From assembly GCA_023436485.1 (NCBI GenBank), contig JAEZIU010000142.1, forward strand, positions 5,387 through 69,386: a DNA stretch of 64,000 bases, in the 5' to 3' direction. The position numbers and the translations under genes are program-made. Under the pieces are notes generated by a model that worked only from the letters and a program-made list of their open reading frames with translations, ran no database searches and was not told the DNA's origin. Positions 30,246 through 43,100 of the stretch are shown here, piece after piece (position 1 is the stretch's first letter; each line of letters starts with the position of its first letter). This stretch comes from Bacillota bacterium. Lineage in GTDB: Bacteria > Bacillota > Clostridia > Acetivibrionales > DSM-1351.

Positions 30246-30440
30246 AATTCACATAATATTTACATAAAAGAGAATATGTGCGTTTTTTAACAAGAGCAAA
30301 ACAAATTATAAAAGATTTTCTTAATTTGTTATTTTAACATATGTCATAAACATGATATATGTTAACAAAATGTTAAAAAATATTATTTATGAATAGATGG
30401 ATAGAAACTGAAGGCTGATTGATGAGGGGAGAGATACGTT

Positions 30441-32213
30441 TTGATTAGTAATAAGGAGAGTATAAGTTTATTATGGGCAGATAAGTGTGAAGACAATTAT
30501 TTTAATAAAGAGAACACAAACATTATAAACGATTTAGACATTGAGAGAATCGCTTCGGAGATGAGTATTGATAATTACCATAAGTTAAGTATTGATGCAT
30601 TGCTATCAAATTTTACTTCTGATCCTTTAACTATACAATACCGTTTAGATATAATTGAAGATTTAGTAAACAATCCTGGTCTTGCGGACGGGATAAAAGG
30701 CTTAATACCAATGATAGATGAATTGACTAGTATCATCGCACGAAATCAATTCGAAGAGATGAATTTGCTTCAGACAGTTAAAAGAATTTCTGAATTAGGT
30801 ATATTTGTCCAATGTATCGACGAGTTGAAAAATCTGTTGTTAAACTTCAAGAGTAACATAACATCCGAGGGGCTGAAAGGGCTCCTTGATTTAATCGATG
30901 ATATTACAAATGAGGAGTCTTTTCTTTCATTATGCACTGAACTTCCAAAGCTGCGACTTGGAGTAAGTAACATTTCCAGTGTTACAATCGGTATCAACCT
31001 TGATTCAATGCTTTATCCAAAAGAAGCTGTCTTAGTATCATTAAATGACCAGCCATATAGGGAGCAAAGCTTTTTTGACCGTATTTCAGGTAAATTTACA
31101 AGCGAAGATAAGTTAACCGGTATCACCCCACTATATAAGATAAATAAAAATTCTAATTCGGACAGAATAATGTCGGATACATTAATGGCAGGAGACAAAA
31201 AATATGATTATTTCTTAAAGGCTTTAAACAACAATCTTGAAAGTCTTATAAAGTCAGTGGTTCGTCCTATGGTTCCGGTAGTAAACAAATATCTCAATAC
31301 AAACACTAAATTCCTTACCAAGTTATTACCAGAGTTTTGCTACTTGCTGGGAGCGGTTAAACTAATAAGAAAACTAAAGTCTAGTGGATTATCGGTTTGC
31401 AAACCAAAAGTTGTTGAAATTGAAAGACGTATATGTACAGTTAAGAGCAGTTATAATGTTATTCTCGCTTTAAATACACATGATAGAAACCCTGAAGCAG
31501 ATCTGGGAGGCACCGTAGTATCAAATGATATATCTTTTGGTGATCAAGGAAGGATATTTGTGCTAACCGGACCAAATCAGGGCGGTAAGACTACTTATAT
31601 TCAATCTATAGGATTGGTTCAGATTCTATTTCAGTTAGGCATTTTTGTTCCGGGAATACAGGCGGAAATAAGCCCGGTGGATAGTTTGTTTACACATTTT
31701 CCTGTAGAGGAGAGCTTTGATTCAAATATGGGACGTATGGCGGAAGAATGCAACAGGCTCAATCAAATATTCTGCCAGGCTACTAGATATAGTATGATAC
31801 TGTTGAATGAGTCTTTTTCCAGTACCAGTTCTACTGAAGCACTTTTTATAACCAGGGAAGTGATATTAGGGCTAAAAGTACTTGGTACACGTGCTATTAT
31901 TACAACACACATCCATGAACTAGCAATGAACCTTGATATCATAAATTCATCAATACCCGGGGACAGCACTATAGTCAGTTTGGTTTCAAGAGTTGATAAA
32001 GAAAAGTCTAGTGATGATTCAGCTAAGAGAACTTACAAGATAACCCAAGGACCACCTATTGGATTAAGCTATGCAAGAGATATTGCACTCAGACATGGTA
32101 TCAGTATAGATAAAATTATGAGCATATTACTGGAGCGCCACCAAATTAATCATTTGGTTGAAATGGATGACATAAATGCAGTTTATGACAAGATATATCA
32201 CAAAAATTCTTAA
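30441..32213 (+). CDS. MutS-related ATPase (domain V type; no mismatch-binding domain evident)
   Basis: LTGPNQGGKTT, THFP.EE, GRMAEE, LLNESFSSTS, TTHIHEL, SYARDIA motifs. Confidence 0.85.
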   Translation: MISNKESISLLWADKCEDNYFNKENTNIINDLDIERIASEMSIDNYHKLSIDALLSNFTSDPLTIQYRLDIIEDLVNNPGLADGIKGLIPMIDELTSIIARNQFEEMNLLQTVKRISELGIFVQCIDELKNLLLNFKSNITSEGLKGLLDLIDDITNEESFLSLCTELPKLRLGVSNISSVTIGINLDSMLYPKEAVLVSLNDQPYREQSFFDRISGKFTSEDKLTGITPLYKINKNSNSDRIMSDTLMAGDKKYDYFLKALNNNLESLIKSVVRPMVPVVNKYLNTNTKFLTKLLPEFCYLLGAVKLIRKLKSSGLSVCKPKVVEIERRICTVKSSYNVILALNTHDRNPEADLGGTVVSNDISFGDQGRIFVLTGPNQGGKTTYIQSIGLVQILFQLGIFVPGIQAEISPVDSLFTHFPVEESFDSNMGRMAEECNRLNQIFCQATRYSMILLNESFSSTSSTEALFITREVILGLKVLGTRAIITTHIHELAMNLDIINSSIPGDSTIVSLVSRVDKEKSSDDSAKRTYKITQGPPIGLSYARDIALRHGISIDKIMSILLERHQINHLVEMDDINAVYDKIYHKNS

Positions 32214-32349
32214 CAGAAAAGTATGCCCAAAAAAGAGTCATAAATTAGGCATTATTACTATTAATTTTCGCTGAATTTGTTATGCAAAACTAATGATCTT
32301 CAATAATAAGTAGATTTGTATTAAAGTGTGAAATTATGGAGTTGAAGCA

Positions 32350-33084
32350 ATGAGAAAAATTAAGTTGTTTTGTTTACCCTACGCTGGAGGGACAGCATAT
32401 TCTTATTTAAAATGGAAGGAAGGCCTTGCAGATTTTATTGAGTTGTGTCCCATCGAACTGGCCGGACGAGGTAAACGTTTTAATGAGCCTTTTTATGCAA
32501 ATATAGACGACGTAGTAGATGATGTGTATAAGCAGATAAAAGACGACATCGGTAATACAACCTACGCTATTTTTGGACATAGTATGGGCAGCATTATCTT
32601 ATATGAATTATATTTTAAAATAATGGAACTAAATTATAACCTGCCCATACATTTATTCATATCAGGAAGAAAGGCTCCTGATATATATAATAATAATGAA
32701 ATAACATATAATCTCCCCCAAGATAAATTTATTGAAAAGATACTTAAATATGGGGGGACCCCAAAAGGTGTGTTAGATAATAAGGAATTAGCAGATTTAT
32801 TTATCCCTTTGCTAAGGGCCGATTTTAAAATTGTTGAGACATACAAATATATTCGAAAAGATAGAACACTTAATGCTAATGTAACAGTAATGTATGGAGA
32901 AGAAGACGGCTTTACTTATGGTGATATTGATTCCTGGACAAAACATGTAAGTGGAAAGTACAGAGTTCATACATTTGAAGGAGGCCACTTTTTTATTTAC
33001 GGTGACATGTATAATGTTACAAAAGTAATAAATGAAACATTACGCGAAGAGCTGGATAACAAATTAAAAATTAATAATTCTTGA
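32350..33084 (+). CDS. Type II thioesterase
   Basis: LFCLPYAGG, FGHSMG, LRADF, GGHFF. Confidence 0.93.
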   Translation: MRKIKLFCLPYAGGTAYSYLKWKEGLADFIELCPIELAGRGKRFNEPFYANIDDVVDDVYKQIKDDIGNTTYAIFGHSMGSIILYELYFKIMELNYNLPIHLFISGRKAPDIYNNNEITYNLPQDKFIEKILKYGGTPKGVLDNKELADLFIPLLRADFKIVETYKYIRKDRTLNANVTVMYGEEDGFTYGDIDSWTKHVSGKYRVHTFEGGHFFIYGDMYNVTKVINETLREELDNKLKINNS

Positions 33085-33273
33085 GTCTTTTGCGGGTATA
33101 TGCCGTTAAAGGGAATCCTTACAAACATCAGTACAGCCTTAATAATTGAATAAGCCAAAGGAACTTTAAACAATTTGAAAAAAAGTATATGAAGACGGTA
33201 ATTAATTTGTGTATGTAATTGTAGTTCATATGTTTAGGTTATGTAAATTTTTTCGTTGATTAGGGGGAAGAGA

Positions 33274-35850
33274 ATGACTAGATTTACTGATTTGGTTCAA
33301 GCTATACAAACAAGGAGCAATGATAACAATAAAGGTGTGACATTCATATCAAGTGATGCTGAAGAAATTTTCGTAACGTATAAAGAACTTTATGAAAAAG
33401 CTGTAGGTATTTTAGGTTACCTCAATTTAAGAGGCCTAAAGGCCGGCGACGAACTTATTCTTCAAATTGATGATAACAAAGATTATATTTTTATGTTTTG
33501 GGCATGTCTTCTTGGGAAAATAATACCCGTTCCCGTTACTGTAGGCAACAATGAAGAACACAGACGGAAGCTTTTCAGGATAATCGATATTTTATGTAAC
33601 CCGTATATTGTAACAACTAAAAAAACATTCAATGCTTTGGAAAGCTTTGCACAACAGAACGAGTTGAGTGAGAGTATGCTTTCAATTAAGAACAAAGCTT
33701 TATTCACCGATGAATTGCAAAGTATAGCGTCCGGAAATGTTCTCAGACCTCAAGAAAACGATATAGCTTTTATACAGTTTTCATCCGGGTCAACCGGTGA
33801 CCCCAAGGGTGTTGTGCTTACACATAGTAATTTGTTATCAAATATCTACGCTTCTATCAGATGTTCCGGCACAGGGCCGGAAGATTCTATGTTATCGTGG
33901 ATGCCACTTACTCACGATATGGGCATGATAGGTTTTCATCTGCTACCTTTGGTTGCAGGAATTAATCAATATATTATACCTACATCTCTATTCATTAGGC
34001 GTCCTTCACTTTGGCTGAAAAAGTCCTATGAGCATAAAATTAATATACTTTCATCTCCTAATTTCGGATACAGATATTTGCTCTCATTTTATAAACCTGA
34101 TAATTTTAAGGATTGGGACTTATCTCATATAAAAATCATATATAACGGGGCAGAGCCTATATCTGCAGAATTATGCAGAGAATTTCTTGAGAAAATGAAC
34201 GAACACGGACTTCAGAAAACAGCTATTTTCCCAGTGTATGGTCTTGCTGAAGCATCGGTGGCTGCTACATTTTCGATACCCGGTGAAGAATTCATTGAAG
34301 TAAACATCGACCGCAGATATCTAAATATTGGTGACAAAATTATTAAAGCAGATAAAAGTGATATTAACTGTGTAACATTAGTAAGTGTCGGTTTCCCTGT
34401 GGATGATTGCAATTTAAGGATTTGTGACGAGGAAGACAATGTGCTTCAAGAGTGCAGCGTAGGACAGATTCAAATCAAGGGGAAAAATGTTACTGCCGGA
34501 TACTACAGAAATCAAGTAGCTACCGATAATGCATTAACAAGGGATGGATGGTTGAAAACAGGTGACTTAGGCTTTTTGAATGACGGACGCCTGGTGGTAA
34601 CAGGAAGAATAAAGGACATAATTTTTATAAATGGACAGAATTATTATCCTCATGATATAGAAAGAATAGCAGAAAAGGTAGAAGGGGTAGAATTCGGAGG
34701 AGTAGCTGCATGCGGCATTTACAATGAAGAGCAGCAAAAAGAAGATGTAGTTATTTTTACAGTGTTTAAGGGGAAAAATGAAGATTTTGTTGAAATTTTA
34801 TTAAATGTTAAGAAGTTGATAGGCAGACAGATAGGTATAGAAGTGAGAAATGTTATACCTATAAGAAAATTACCAAAGACTACCAGTGGAAAAATTCAAA
34901 GATATAAGCTTTCAAAAGAATATACAGATGGGTGCTTCGAAGCTGTCATAAGCCAGTTGAAACAGCTTGTAGATAAAGCTATTAAAGATGTAAAGGTAGA
35001 TGTGCCTGTAAATGAAATTGAAGAAAATCTGATTAAAATATGGTCTGGTGTATTAAAGTTGGAAAGCATAGGTGTCAATGACAACTTTTTTGAAATCGGG
35101 GGGAACTCTTCTCTGATGGTTCAAATGCTATCACAAATCGAAGCTGATTATCCCGGTGCGATAAACGTTACAGATCCGTTCGAAACTCCTACAGTAAGAG
35201 GGTTGGCTCAGCATATATATAAAACTGTATTTAAGCAAGAGTCAACATCGTCTATAAAAACGTTGGAGCTTCCGGAAAGATTCTTTGTTAACACAGCAGA
35301 AAACTATCCGCGGAATGCACAGCAGGAATTCAGCTTCACTTTAAACGAAGAGTCTTGTTACAAAATGAGAAATATATGTGAAAGAGAAGGTGTTCAAACA
35401 GAGGATATATTGCTATTGTTGTACGCTTTTGCCATATCTCAGGTTTCAGGAGTCCGATTGCTGGATATCCAATCTTTGCTTAATAAAAATCAGGTCATAA
35501 ATAATGTCAGAGTTGACTTTACAAATTCTTTCGAACTTTCCGATTTGCTCAGAGAGGTAAATCGGGCACGAAGCGATAGTTCCGTCAGCGGTGTGAAATT
35601 TGAAGATATGGTACAAGCTTGTATAAATAAAACCCAGCATTCAATATTCCCTCTAATATATTCTAAGAGTAGTCTTAAGGCAAATGTTGATTTAATGGAA
35701 GTGTTTGATATGGTTGTCAGGATAGAAGATTACGAAGATTCTATCAACGTCTTTTGCGAGTACAACGCTATGAGGTTGAAAAAAGAAGGAATTGAGCAAA
35801 TAGTAAACCAGTATATACATATAATTAATTCATTAATTAACAAGTATTAA
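33274..35850 (+). CDS. Fatty acyl-AMP ligase - ACP - partial condensation-like domain (starter unit loading)
   Basis: FIQFSSGSTGDPKG, SWMPLTHDMG, YGLAEA, GQNYYPHDIE, PKTTSGKIQR; carrier motif FFEIGGNS. Confidence 0.88.
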   Translation: MTRFTDLVQAIQTRSNDNNKGVTFISSDAEEIFVTYKELYEKAVGILGYLNLRGLKAGDELILQIDDNKDYIFMFWACLLGKIIPVPVTVGNNEEHRRKLFRIIDILCNPYIVTTKKTFNALESFAQQNELSESMLSIKNKALFTDELQSIASGNVLRPQENDIAFIQFSSGSTGDPKGVVLTHSNLLSNIYASIRCSGTGPEDSMLSWMPLTHDMGMIGFHLLPLVAGINQYIIPTSLFIRRPSLWLKKSYEHKINILSSPNFGYRYLLSFYKPDNFKDWDLSHIKIIYNGAEPISAELCREFLEKMNEHGLQKTAIFPVYGLAEASVAATFSIPGEEFIEVNIDRRYLNIGDKIIKADKSDINCVTLVSVGFPVDDCNLRICDEEDNVLQECSVGQIQIKGKNVTAGYYRNQVATDNALTRDGWLKTGDLGFLNDGRLVVTGRIKDIIFINGQNYYPHDIERIAEKVEGVEFGGVAACGIYNEEQQKEDVVIFTVFKGKNEDFVEILLNVKKLIGRQIGIEVRNVIPIRKLPKTTSGKIQRYKLSKEYTDGCFEAVISQLKQLVDKAIKDVKVDVPVNEIEENLIKIWSGVLKLESIGVNDNFFEIGGNSSLMVQMLSQIEADYPGAINVTDPFETPTVRGLAQHIYKTVFKQESTSSIKTLELPERFFVNTAENYPRNAQQEFSFTLNEESCYKMRNICEREGVQTEDILLLLYAFAISQVSGVRLLDIQSLLNKNQVINNVRVDFTNSFELSDLLREVNRARSDSSVSGVKFEDMVQACINKTQHSIFPLIYSKSSLKANVDLMEVFDMVVRIEDYEDSINVFCEYNAMRLKKEGIEQIVNQYIHIINSLINKY

Positions 35851-35866
35851 TTAAGGAGAATAAAAT

Positions 35867-37135
35867 ATGATTAAGACAGCAATATTATTTCCGGGTCAAG
35901 GTTCACAATGTGTTGGTATGGGATCCACCTTGTACCAGAGGTCAAGCATCGCAAGACAGACATTTGAGGAAGCGAACGATGTACTTGGCTTTGATATTAA
36001 AGGGTTATGCTTCGAGGGGAACATAGAGGAACTGACAGAGACACAAAATGCACAGCCGGCTATTCTTACTGTCAGCATTGCCGCTTTTCGTACATATATG
36101 CAGGAAATTGGGCTTGAACCAGCTTATCTTGCCGGACATAGCCTGGGTGAGATATCAGCGTTGGTGGCAAGTGATGCCATCAGTTTTTCTGACGGTTTAA
36201 AAATTATCAGAAAAAGAGGATATTTAATGAAGGAAGCAGGAGTTAAAGCTCCCGGCACTATGGCTGCAGTAAGTGGTGTGTCGCAGGAGGCACTCCAGGA
36301 AATATGCAGGAAGGCATCGCAGGATGGAAAAATTGTTGTTTTATCTAATATTAATTCAAAAGATCAGATAGTTATTTCCGGACATAAAGAGACTGTAGAA
36401 AAAACTTGTGACTTGTTGGTGAGTGAAGGGGGAACTGCTACTTTTTTAAAGGTTAGTGCTGCTTTTCACAGCCCTCTTATGAATCAGGCATCTTCCGATT
36501 TTAGTGAAGAACTTGTGAAATATAACTACAACCCGATGAAGAGAACTGTTATTTCCAACGTAACTGCACTTCCGTACGAGTCAGAAAGAGAAATTATAAG
36601 TAAGCTTAAACTTCAGATTATAAGTCCCGTTATGTGGAAACAGTCCATGGAATATTTACGTGACAAAGGTGTAGAAGTTGCTGTGGAGATGCAGCCCAAA
36701 ACTATATTGAAAAACTTAATGAGAAAAAATGCTCCCGAGATTAAGACATATTCATTTGACAGAAACGATGATGTGCAGTCCCTTAAGGAATTTATTCTAC
36801 TTAAGAATAAAGAAAAAAATAATAAAACAAGCAATAAATCTACTGTTGTCGAGAGGTGCCTTTCAATCGCAGTTTGTACAAGGAATCAGAACTGGGATGA
36901 CGAGGAGTACACAGCCGGGGTAATTGTTCCATATAAACAGATTCAGTCAATGAAAGAGAAGATTGAGAGTGAGAATAGAGAGCCAACCTATGATGAAATG
37001 ATGAGTGCTTTAAACATGCTGAAATCTGTTTTCAAGACAAAGAAAGTTCCTTCAATTGAGCAAACGGAAAGGTTTGAACAGATTTTCAAAGAAACGGGAA
37101 CGGCAGAATTGTTTTTTGATTTCAGTATTCTTTAG
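35867..37135 (+). CDS. Free-standing (trans) malonyl-CoA:ACP acyltransferase
   Basis: FPGQGSQ, AGHSLGE, AFHS; about 100-aa C-terminal extension. Confidence 0.92.
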   Translation: MIKTAILFPGQGSQCVGMGSTLYQRSSIARQTFEEANDVLGFDIKGLCFEGNIEELTETQNAQPAILTVSIAAFRTYMQEIGLEPAYLAGHSLGEISALVASDAISFSDGLKIIRKRGYLMKEAGVKAPGTMAAVSGVSQEALQEICRKASQDGKIVVLSNINSKDQIVISGHKETVEKTCDLLVSEGGTATFLKVSAAFHSPLMNQASSDFSEELVKYNYNPMKRTVISNVTALPYESEREIISKLKLQIISPVMWKQSMEYLRDKGVEVAVEMQPKTILKNLMRKNAPEIKTYSFDRNDDVQSLKEFILLKNKEKNNKTSNKSTVVERCLSIAVCTRNQNWDDEEYTAGVIVPYKQIQSMKEKIESENREPTYDEMMSALNMLKSVFKTKKVPSIEQTERFEQIFKETGTAELFFDFSIL

Positions 37136-37175
37136 TCTATAGATTTTTAATTAGAAAATTTATAAAGGTGGTATT

Positions 37176-40100
37176 ATGGGAGTTAATCTTTCAGAATTGA
37201 GTTCCTTTGATTTAGATAAAGTAAATAACGAAATCGAGCAAAAGAGTCTAACATATGATGACTCGATAGGTACAGACATAGCAATTATCGGTATTTCAGC
37301 AAATCTTCCTGAAGCAAATGATGTAAGCGAATACTGGAATAACTTAAGAGACGGAAAAGATAATATAATTGAGTTTCCGGAAGCTCGTCAGGTTGACATA
37401 GAAAAATATCTGAATTCATTAGGCAGTGATACCGGGGACGTAGAATTTTTTCAAGCTGCATTTCTCAATGAGATAGATAAATTTGACTATAGATTCTTTA
37501 GGCTTACTCCAAGTGAAGCTAGCCTGATGAGTCCGGTCCAAAGGCTTTTTCTTGAAACCACCTATAAGACTATAGAGGATGCGGGGTACGGTGGAAGCAA
37601 GATTATCGGAAGTAAGACAGGGGTGTTTGTGGGTTGTATTGGTGATGCTGAAGAAGATACTTATGCAGACATATTATCACAGAGTGATAGTGCCCAGAAT
37701 CCCAGCGCTTTCACCGGAAATCTGACATCAATGATTCCCAGCAGGATTTCTTATTTCCTTGATTTAAAAGGGCCTAGCATGGTTGTAGATACAGCATGTT
37801 CATCTTCGCTTGTTGCGATACATCTGGCATGCCAGGCAATAAGAAACGGAGAATGTGATATGGCCTTAGCCGGAGGCATAAAGCTTTTCCTGGTTCCGGT
37901 AAAAAATAGAATTAAGCTTGCAATTAATTCGTCCAACTATCGTTCAAAGGCTTTTGACGATAGTTCTGACGGTATAGGTGTAGGAGAAGGTTCGGCAGCA
38001 GTAATGCTGAAACCTCTAAGCAAAGCTTTAAGGGACAGAGACAACATATATGCGGTAATAAAGGGGAGTGCCATAAACCAGGATGGGAATTCGATAGGTA
38101 TTACTGCTCCCAATGTGGCAGAACAAGCAAATGTTATAGCAAAGGCTTGGAAAAATGCAAGAATAAATCCTGAGACTATATCTTACATAGAGGCCCATGG
38201 AACAGGAACCAATATAGGGGACCCTATTGAAATTGAAGGAATAAAAAGGGCATTTTCACGTTTTACAAAGAAGAAACAATTTTGTGCTATCGGTTCAGTT
38301 AAAACCAATATCGGACATTTGAATGAAGCTGCAGGTATCGCCGGGTTAATTAAGCTTGTTTTATGCTTAAAGTATGGTGAAATCCCACCGAGTATTCATT
38401 TTAACCTGCCTAACAGGAAGATTGATTTTGAAGAATCACCTGTTTATGTAAATGACAGATTAGCAAAATGGGATGCAAATGGGGAACTCAGAAGGGGTGG
38501 GATAAGCTCGTTTGGTTTTAGCGGAACCAACTGTCACGTGGTTCTGGAAGAAGCCCCTGCAATCAGACATGCTAATGAAGTAAAAAGTTCAGGATTGTTT
38601 GCGATGACCATTTCTGCTAAATCTGAAGGGGCTTTGGACAAGCTCCTTGCTGCTTACAATAGCTTTTTGGACAAAAATCCCAACATAGATATCAGAGATT
38701 TATGCTACACGGCCAGTTTAGGAAGAGAACACCATAATCACCGTGTTGCTATAATTGCACAGGATTTGTTATCGTTGAAAGAATCAATAAGTGAGCTTTG
38801 CAGTAACGGTGTTAGCAAATCAAACTATGGAAATGTTTTTTTCAATACCTTCAAAGTTATACGTGGTGTGAGAAGCACTGAATCGGATGTGGGTCTAACT
38901 GAAGAAAAACTGGAAGGTATGAATAGACTTGCACATTTTAAACTTGAGGAATTTGTCAGAACCAATAAATCCGATAAGGCATTATTAAGTGAAATTTGCA
39001 GTTTATACTCAAGCGGAGCAGATATTGATTGGAGCTTTTTATATGAAAAAGAACGTCCTCGAACAATAAGTCTGCCTACATATGTTTTTGACAAGGAGCG
39101 GTGCTGGTGCGAGATACAGGAGGTTGCTGCTCAGAACGGCAAATATGATAGTCAAAAAAGCTTCTATAACATTGTATGGAAACAAAAGCCTCTGTTGAAT
39201 GAGGAAAAGGGTGATGCCCCACAAACTATAGTAATTCTGAGGAGTTCTGAAAACAGTTACACAAATTTTGAGGATAAGCTTAGAAATAGTTCTGCCAGAA
39301 TAGTTTCGGTAACATTAGGGGACAGTTTCAAACAGATAAATAACAACAAATACATTACAGATATATCGGAAAATAGCTTTAACCTTTTATTTGACAAGAT
39401 AAAAGAGTCAAAATCTATACAAATAGTGCATTTATTGGCTGCTGAAATAAATGAGGGTGCGAAAACCACAGATGAATTACAGAGAAATCTGGAGCATGGA
39501 TTATATAGCCTTTTCTATATTGCAAAAGCATTTAAAGGTTATGAAAGTATTGATAGCACTAGTATTCTTATAGCTGCCGGGAATATAAACAAAATTGTTG
39601 ACAATGACAATATAATTATTCCGGAAAATGCAACCATTTCAGGATTGGCTAAAGTCATAAACCGTGAGTTTACCAATATCTCTTGTAGGCTAATAGATAT
39701 TGATGCCGGGTTTAGTGAGGATGATTTGGTTGGTGAACTTCATTTAAGGAGTGGTGAACAGCAGGTTGCCTATAGAAAAGGTAACAGGTATGCTGAAAGC
39801 TTCACACAGTTTGATACTGAAAATTCCGGCAACTCAGAAGTAAAAGTACGGGAGAATGGAGTTTATTTAATAACCGGTGGAATCAGAGGAATAGGTTATG
39901 AAGTTGCCAAATACCTGGTGAATGAAGCCAAGGTTAATATTATTTTGGTTAATCGTTCGAAAATACCCCAACGTGACACATGGGATACTATTTCGGCTAA
40001 CAACGAAAATAAGAAGCTTTTGGAGAAGATATCAGCTATTAAGAGTCTTGAAAAAACAGGTTCAACTGTTGAATACTACAGTGCGGATGTTTCCGACGAG

Positions 40101-43100
40101 ATTCATGTACGAAATCTCCTCAATAGTATAAAAGAAAAGTATGGTAATATCCATGGGATTATTCATAGTGCCGGTGTTACTGATGACAGACTCATTAACG
40201 AAAAAAATAAAGAGGATTTTGACGCTATCATCCGACCCAAAGTTTATGGTACTTGGTTACTAAATCACTTTACAAATGCAGAAAACCTTGATTTTTTTAT
40301 AATGTTTTCATCAGTATCATCGATATTGGCTGCTCCCGGGCAAAGTGATTATTCTGCTGCAAATGCATATCTGGATTCCTTTTCCGACTATAGAAGGGTC
40401 AATGGGAAAAAAGCCACGACCATTAACTGGGTTGCATGGAAAGAAATCGGCATGGCTGTAGAAAAGGGATTTACTGCCGATACCACTTTTAAGGCAATAA
40501 CTACAAAAAAAGCCATGGATTGCTTTGATAAGGTGTTTCATAAAGATATCTCAAGAGTATTGATTGGTGAGCTGAATTTTGAGAGTAATATGGCAGCTTT
40601 ATTGGAGAAAGCGCCTTTTGACCTTTCTGATGATATAAAACACAAATTAAAGGAATCTGCAAAGCAGCGTGCATTTCTGAAAGAACAGAAAGTCTCAAAT
40701 AATAGGCCGAATGTCAGGCTGAAGGGGAAAGAACCAAACCAATACAGCAAGATTGAGCAGCAAATTGCTGAAGTATGTATGTCTATTCTCGGGTTCAAAG
40801 AAATTGACATATATGACAATTTCTTTGACTTGGGTGCAGACTCCATTGCACTTTCGCATATGTTTAAAGAGTTGGATAAACATTTCCCGAATGTGCTAAG
40901 CCTGACAAAGGTGTTTGCGTATCCGAGCATTTCAGCTTTAGCAAAGTACCTGAGTGAACAACTGGGCGAATCAGCTGATTCCGAGGGTTCTCATGATAAT
41001 CTCATGCTTGAGCAAGAATCGGAATTTAATGAAAACGACAGTATTGCCATAATCGGCATAGGTTCATACTTACCAACAGGCTATAATTTGGATGAATTCT
41101 GGAATAGCATACGAAATGGTAAAGACCTGATTAGCAATATACCGGAAGCTAGAAAAAAGGATGTTGAAAAATACCTTTCATTTAAAGGCGAGGATACACG
41201 TAATCTTAAATTCTTAGAAGCAGCATATTTGGAGGAAATTGACGGATTCGACTATAAATTCTTCAAATTATCTCCAAAGGAAGCATCATTAATGGATCCG
41301 AACCAAAGAAAATTCCTTGAGACAGCCTGGGCAGCTATTGAGGATGGAGGCTATGGAGGAAACAAGTTAAAGGGGACAAAAACAGGTGTATTTGTAGGGT
41401 TTTCCAATAACCCGCTTAATAACTATCTGGATATAATTTCAGATGTAGAACCCGGGGAACTTCCAGTTTCATTGACCGGAAACCTCACATCCATAATCCC
41501 CAGCAGAATTTCATATCTCCTTGACCTTAAGGGACCCAGTATGCTCATAGATACTGCATGTTCTTCGTCCTTGACTGCAGTACACACGGCATGTAGAAGT
41601 TTAAAGAGCGGAGAGTGTGATACTGCAATAGCAGGTGGAGTAAAAATAAACATAATGCCTTTGGACAATGAAATAAAAATTGGTATTGAATCATCTACAG
41701 GCCGAACAAGGGCATTTGATGATGATTCTGACGGGACTGGTATAGGAGAAGGAGTAATAAGCTTTTTACTAAAACCTTTAAAGAGGGCAATCGAGGATAA
41801 GGACAACATTTATGCGACAATAAAAGGAAGTGCTGTAAATCAGGATGGAACATCTGTTGGCATTACTGCACCAAATGTTAACGCACAAACGGATGTTATC
41901 CTCGAAGCGTGGAAAGATTCAAAGATTGATCCTGGGACACTCTCCTATATTGAAGCCCACGGAACAGGTACAAAACTAGGAGATCCTATTGAAATAGAAG
42001 GACTGAATGAAGCTTTTAAGAAGCATACGAAAAAAAGAAATTTCTGTGCCATAAGTACAGTAAAGTCAAATATGGGGCACCTTTATGAAGCTTCAGGTAT
42101 GGCAGGATTATTAAAAGCAGTTTTATCCTTAAAACACAAAGAACTGGCCCCGTCCATTCATTTTGTGAAGCCAAACGATAAGATAGATTTTATCGATACT
42201 GCTCTTTATGTAAATGACAGGTTGACTAAATGGGATGCAAGTACCACTACCAGAAGGTGTGGAGTAAGTTCTTTCGGCTTTAGTGGCACCAATTGCCATG
42301 TTGTCCTTGAAGAAGCTCCTGAAATAAAATATGAATCAATATCCGGTGACAGCAGAGCAGAAATATTAGGCTTGACTGCAAAGAGTGAAGCCGCATTACA
42401 TGAATTGGTGAGGAGATATAAGACATCTCTCGAGAATTCTGAACAAATATGTTTAAAAGATATATGCAGCACTGCAAATACGGGAAGAACCCATCATAAT
42501 TTCAGACTGGCTATAGTTGCTAAAGATAAAAACGAACTTTTGCGTAAGCTTAATTTTATACTGGAAAACAAGTTTAGCGGATTAGACAGGAAGATAGGAT
42601 TCTACGGAAAACATTTTGTCATCATGTCCGACAAAGAATTTCTTCAGCAGGGCGAGTTAAGACAGAAGGAGAAATTTGAGCTTACGACTCAGGCGGGATT
42701 ACTCACTGAGGAATTGGCAGAGCAGAATATATTTGATAACAGCTTATTGGAGCGTTTATGTGAGCTATATGTCAAGGGAGCTGACGTTGACTGGGATATT
42801 CTTTATGGGGGAAATAGAGCAGGGAAGAAAGTAAGTTTGCCTTCCTACCCCTTTGAAAAACACAGGTGTTGGATAAATATAGACTCAGCTGAAAAACGCA
42901 ACATTAGTGATAATATCAGAGTTATACACCCATTATTGGAAAAGCAAATGGTTGAATCTGTAGACCAGATCATTTTTTCTACTGAGTTCAGCCCTAAAAA
43001 GCATTTTGTTCTATCAGATCACATAATTATGGGAAGCTATGTAATACCCGGGACTACATACATAGAAATGATATATCAAGCGGGCAGAAGGTTATCCGAT

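Noticed and set aside
30441..32213. Calling this gene mutS or mutS2
   Set aside because: Only 590 aa, with no mismatch-recognition or Smr domain evident; gene symbol withheld
35867..37135. Housekeeping fabD
   Set aside because: Embedded among AT-less PKS genes with no other fab genes nearby; better read as the cluster's trans-AT
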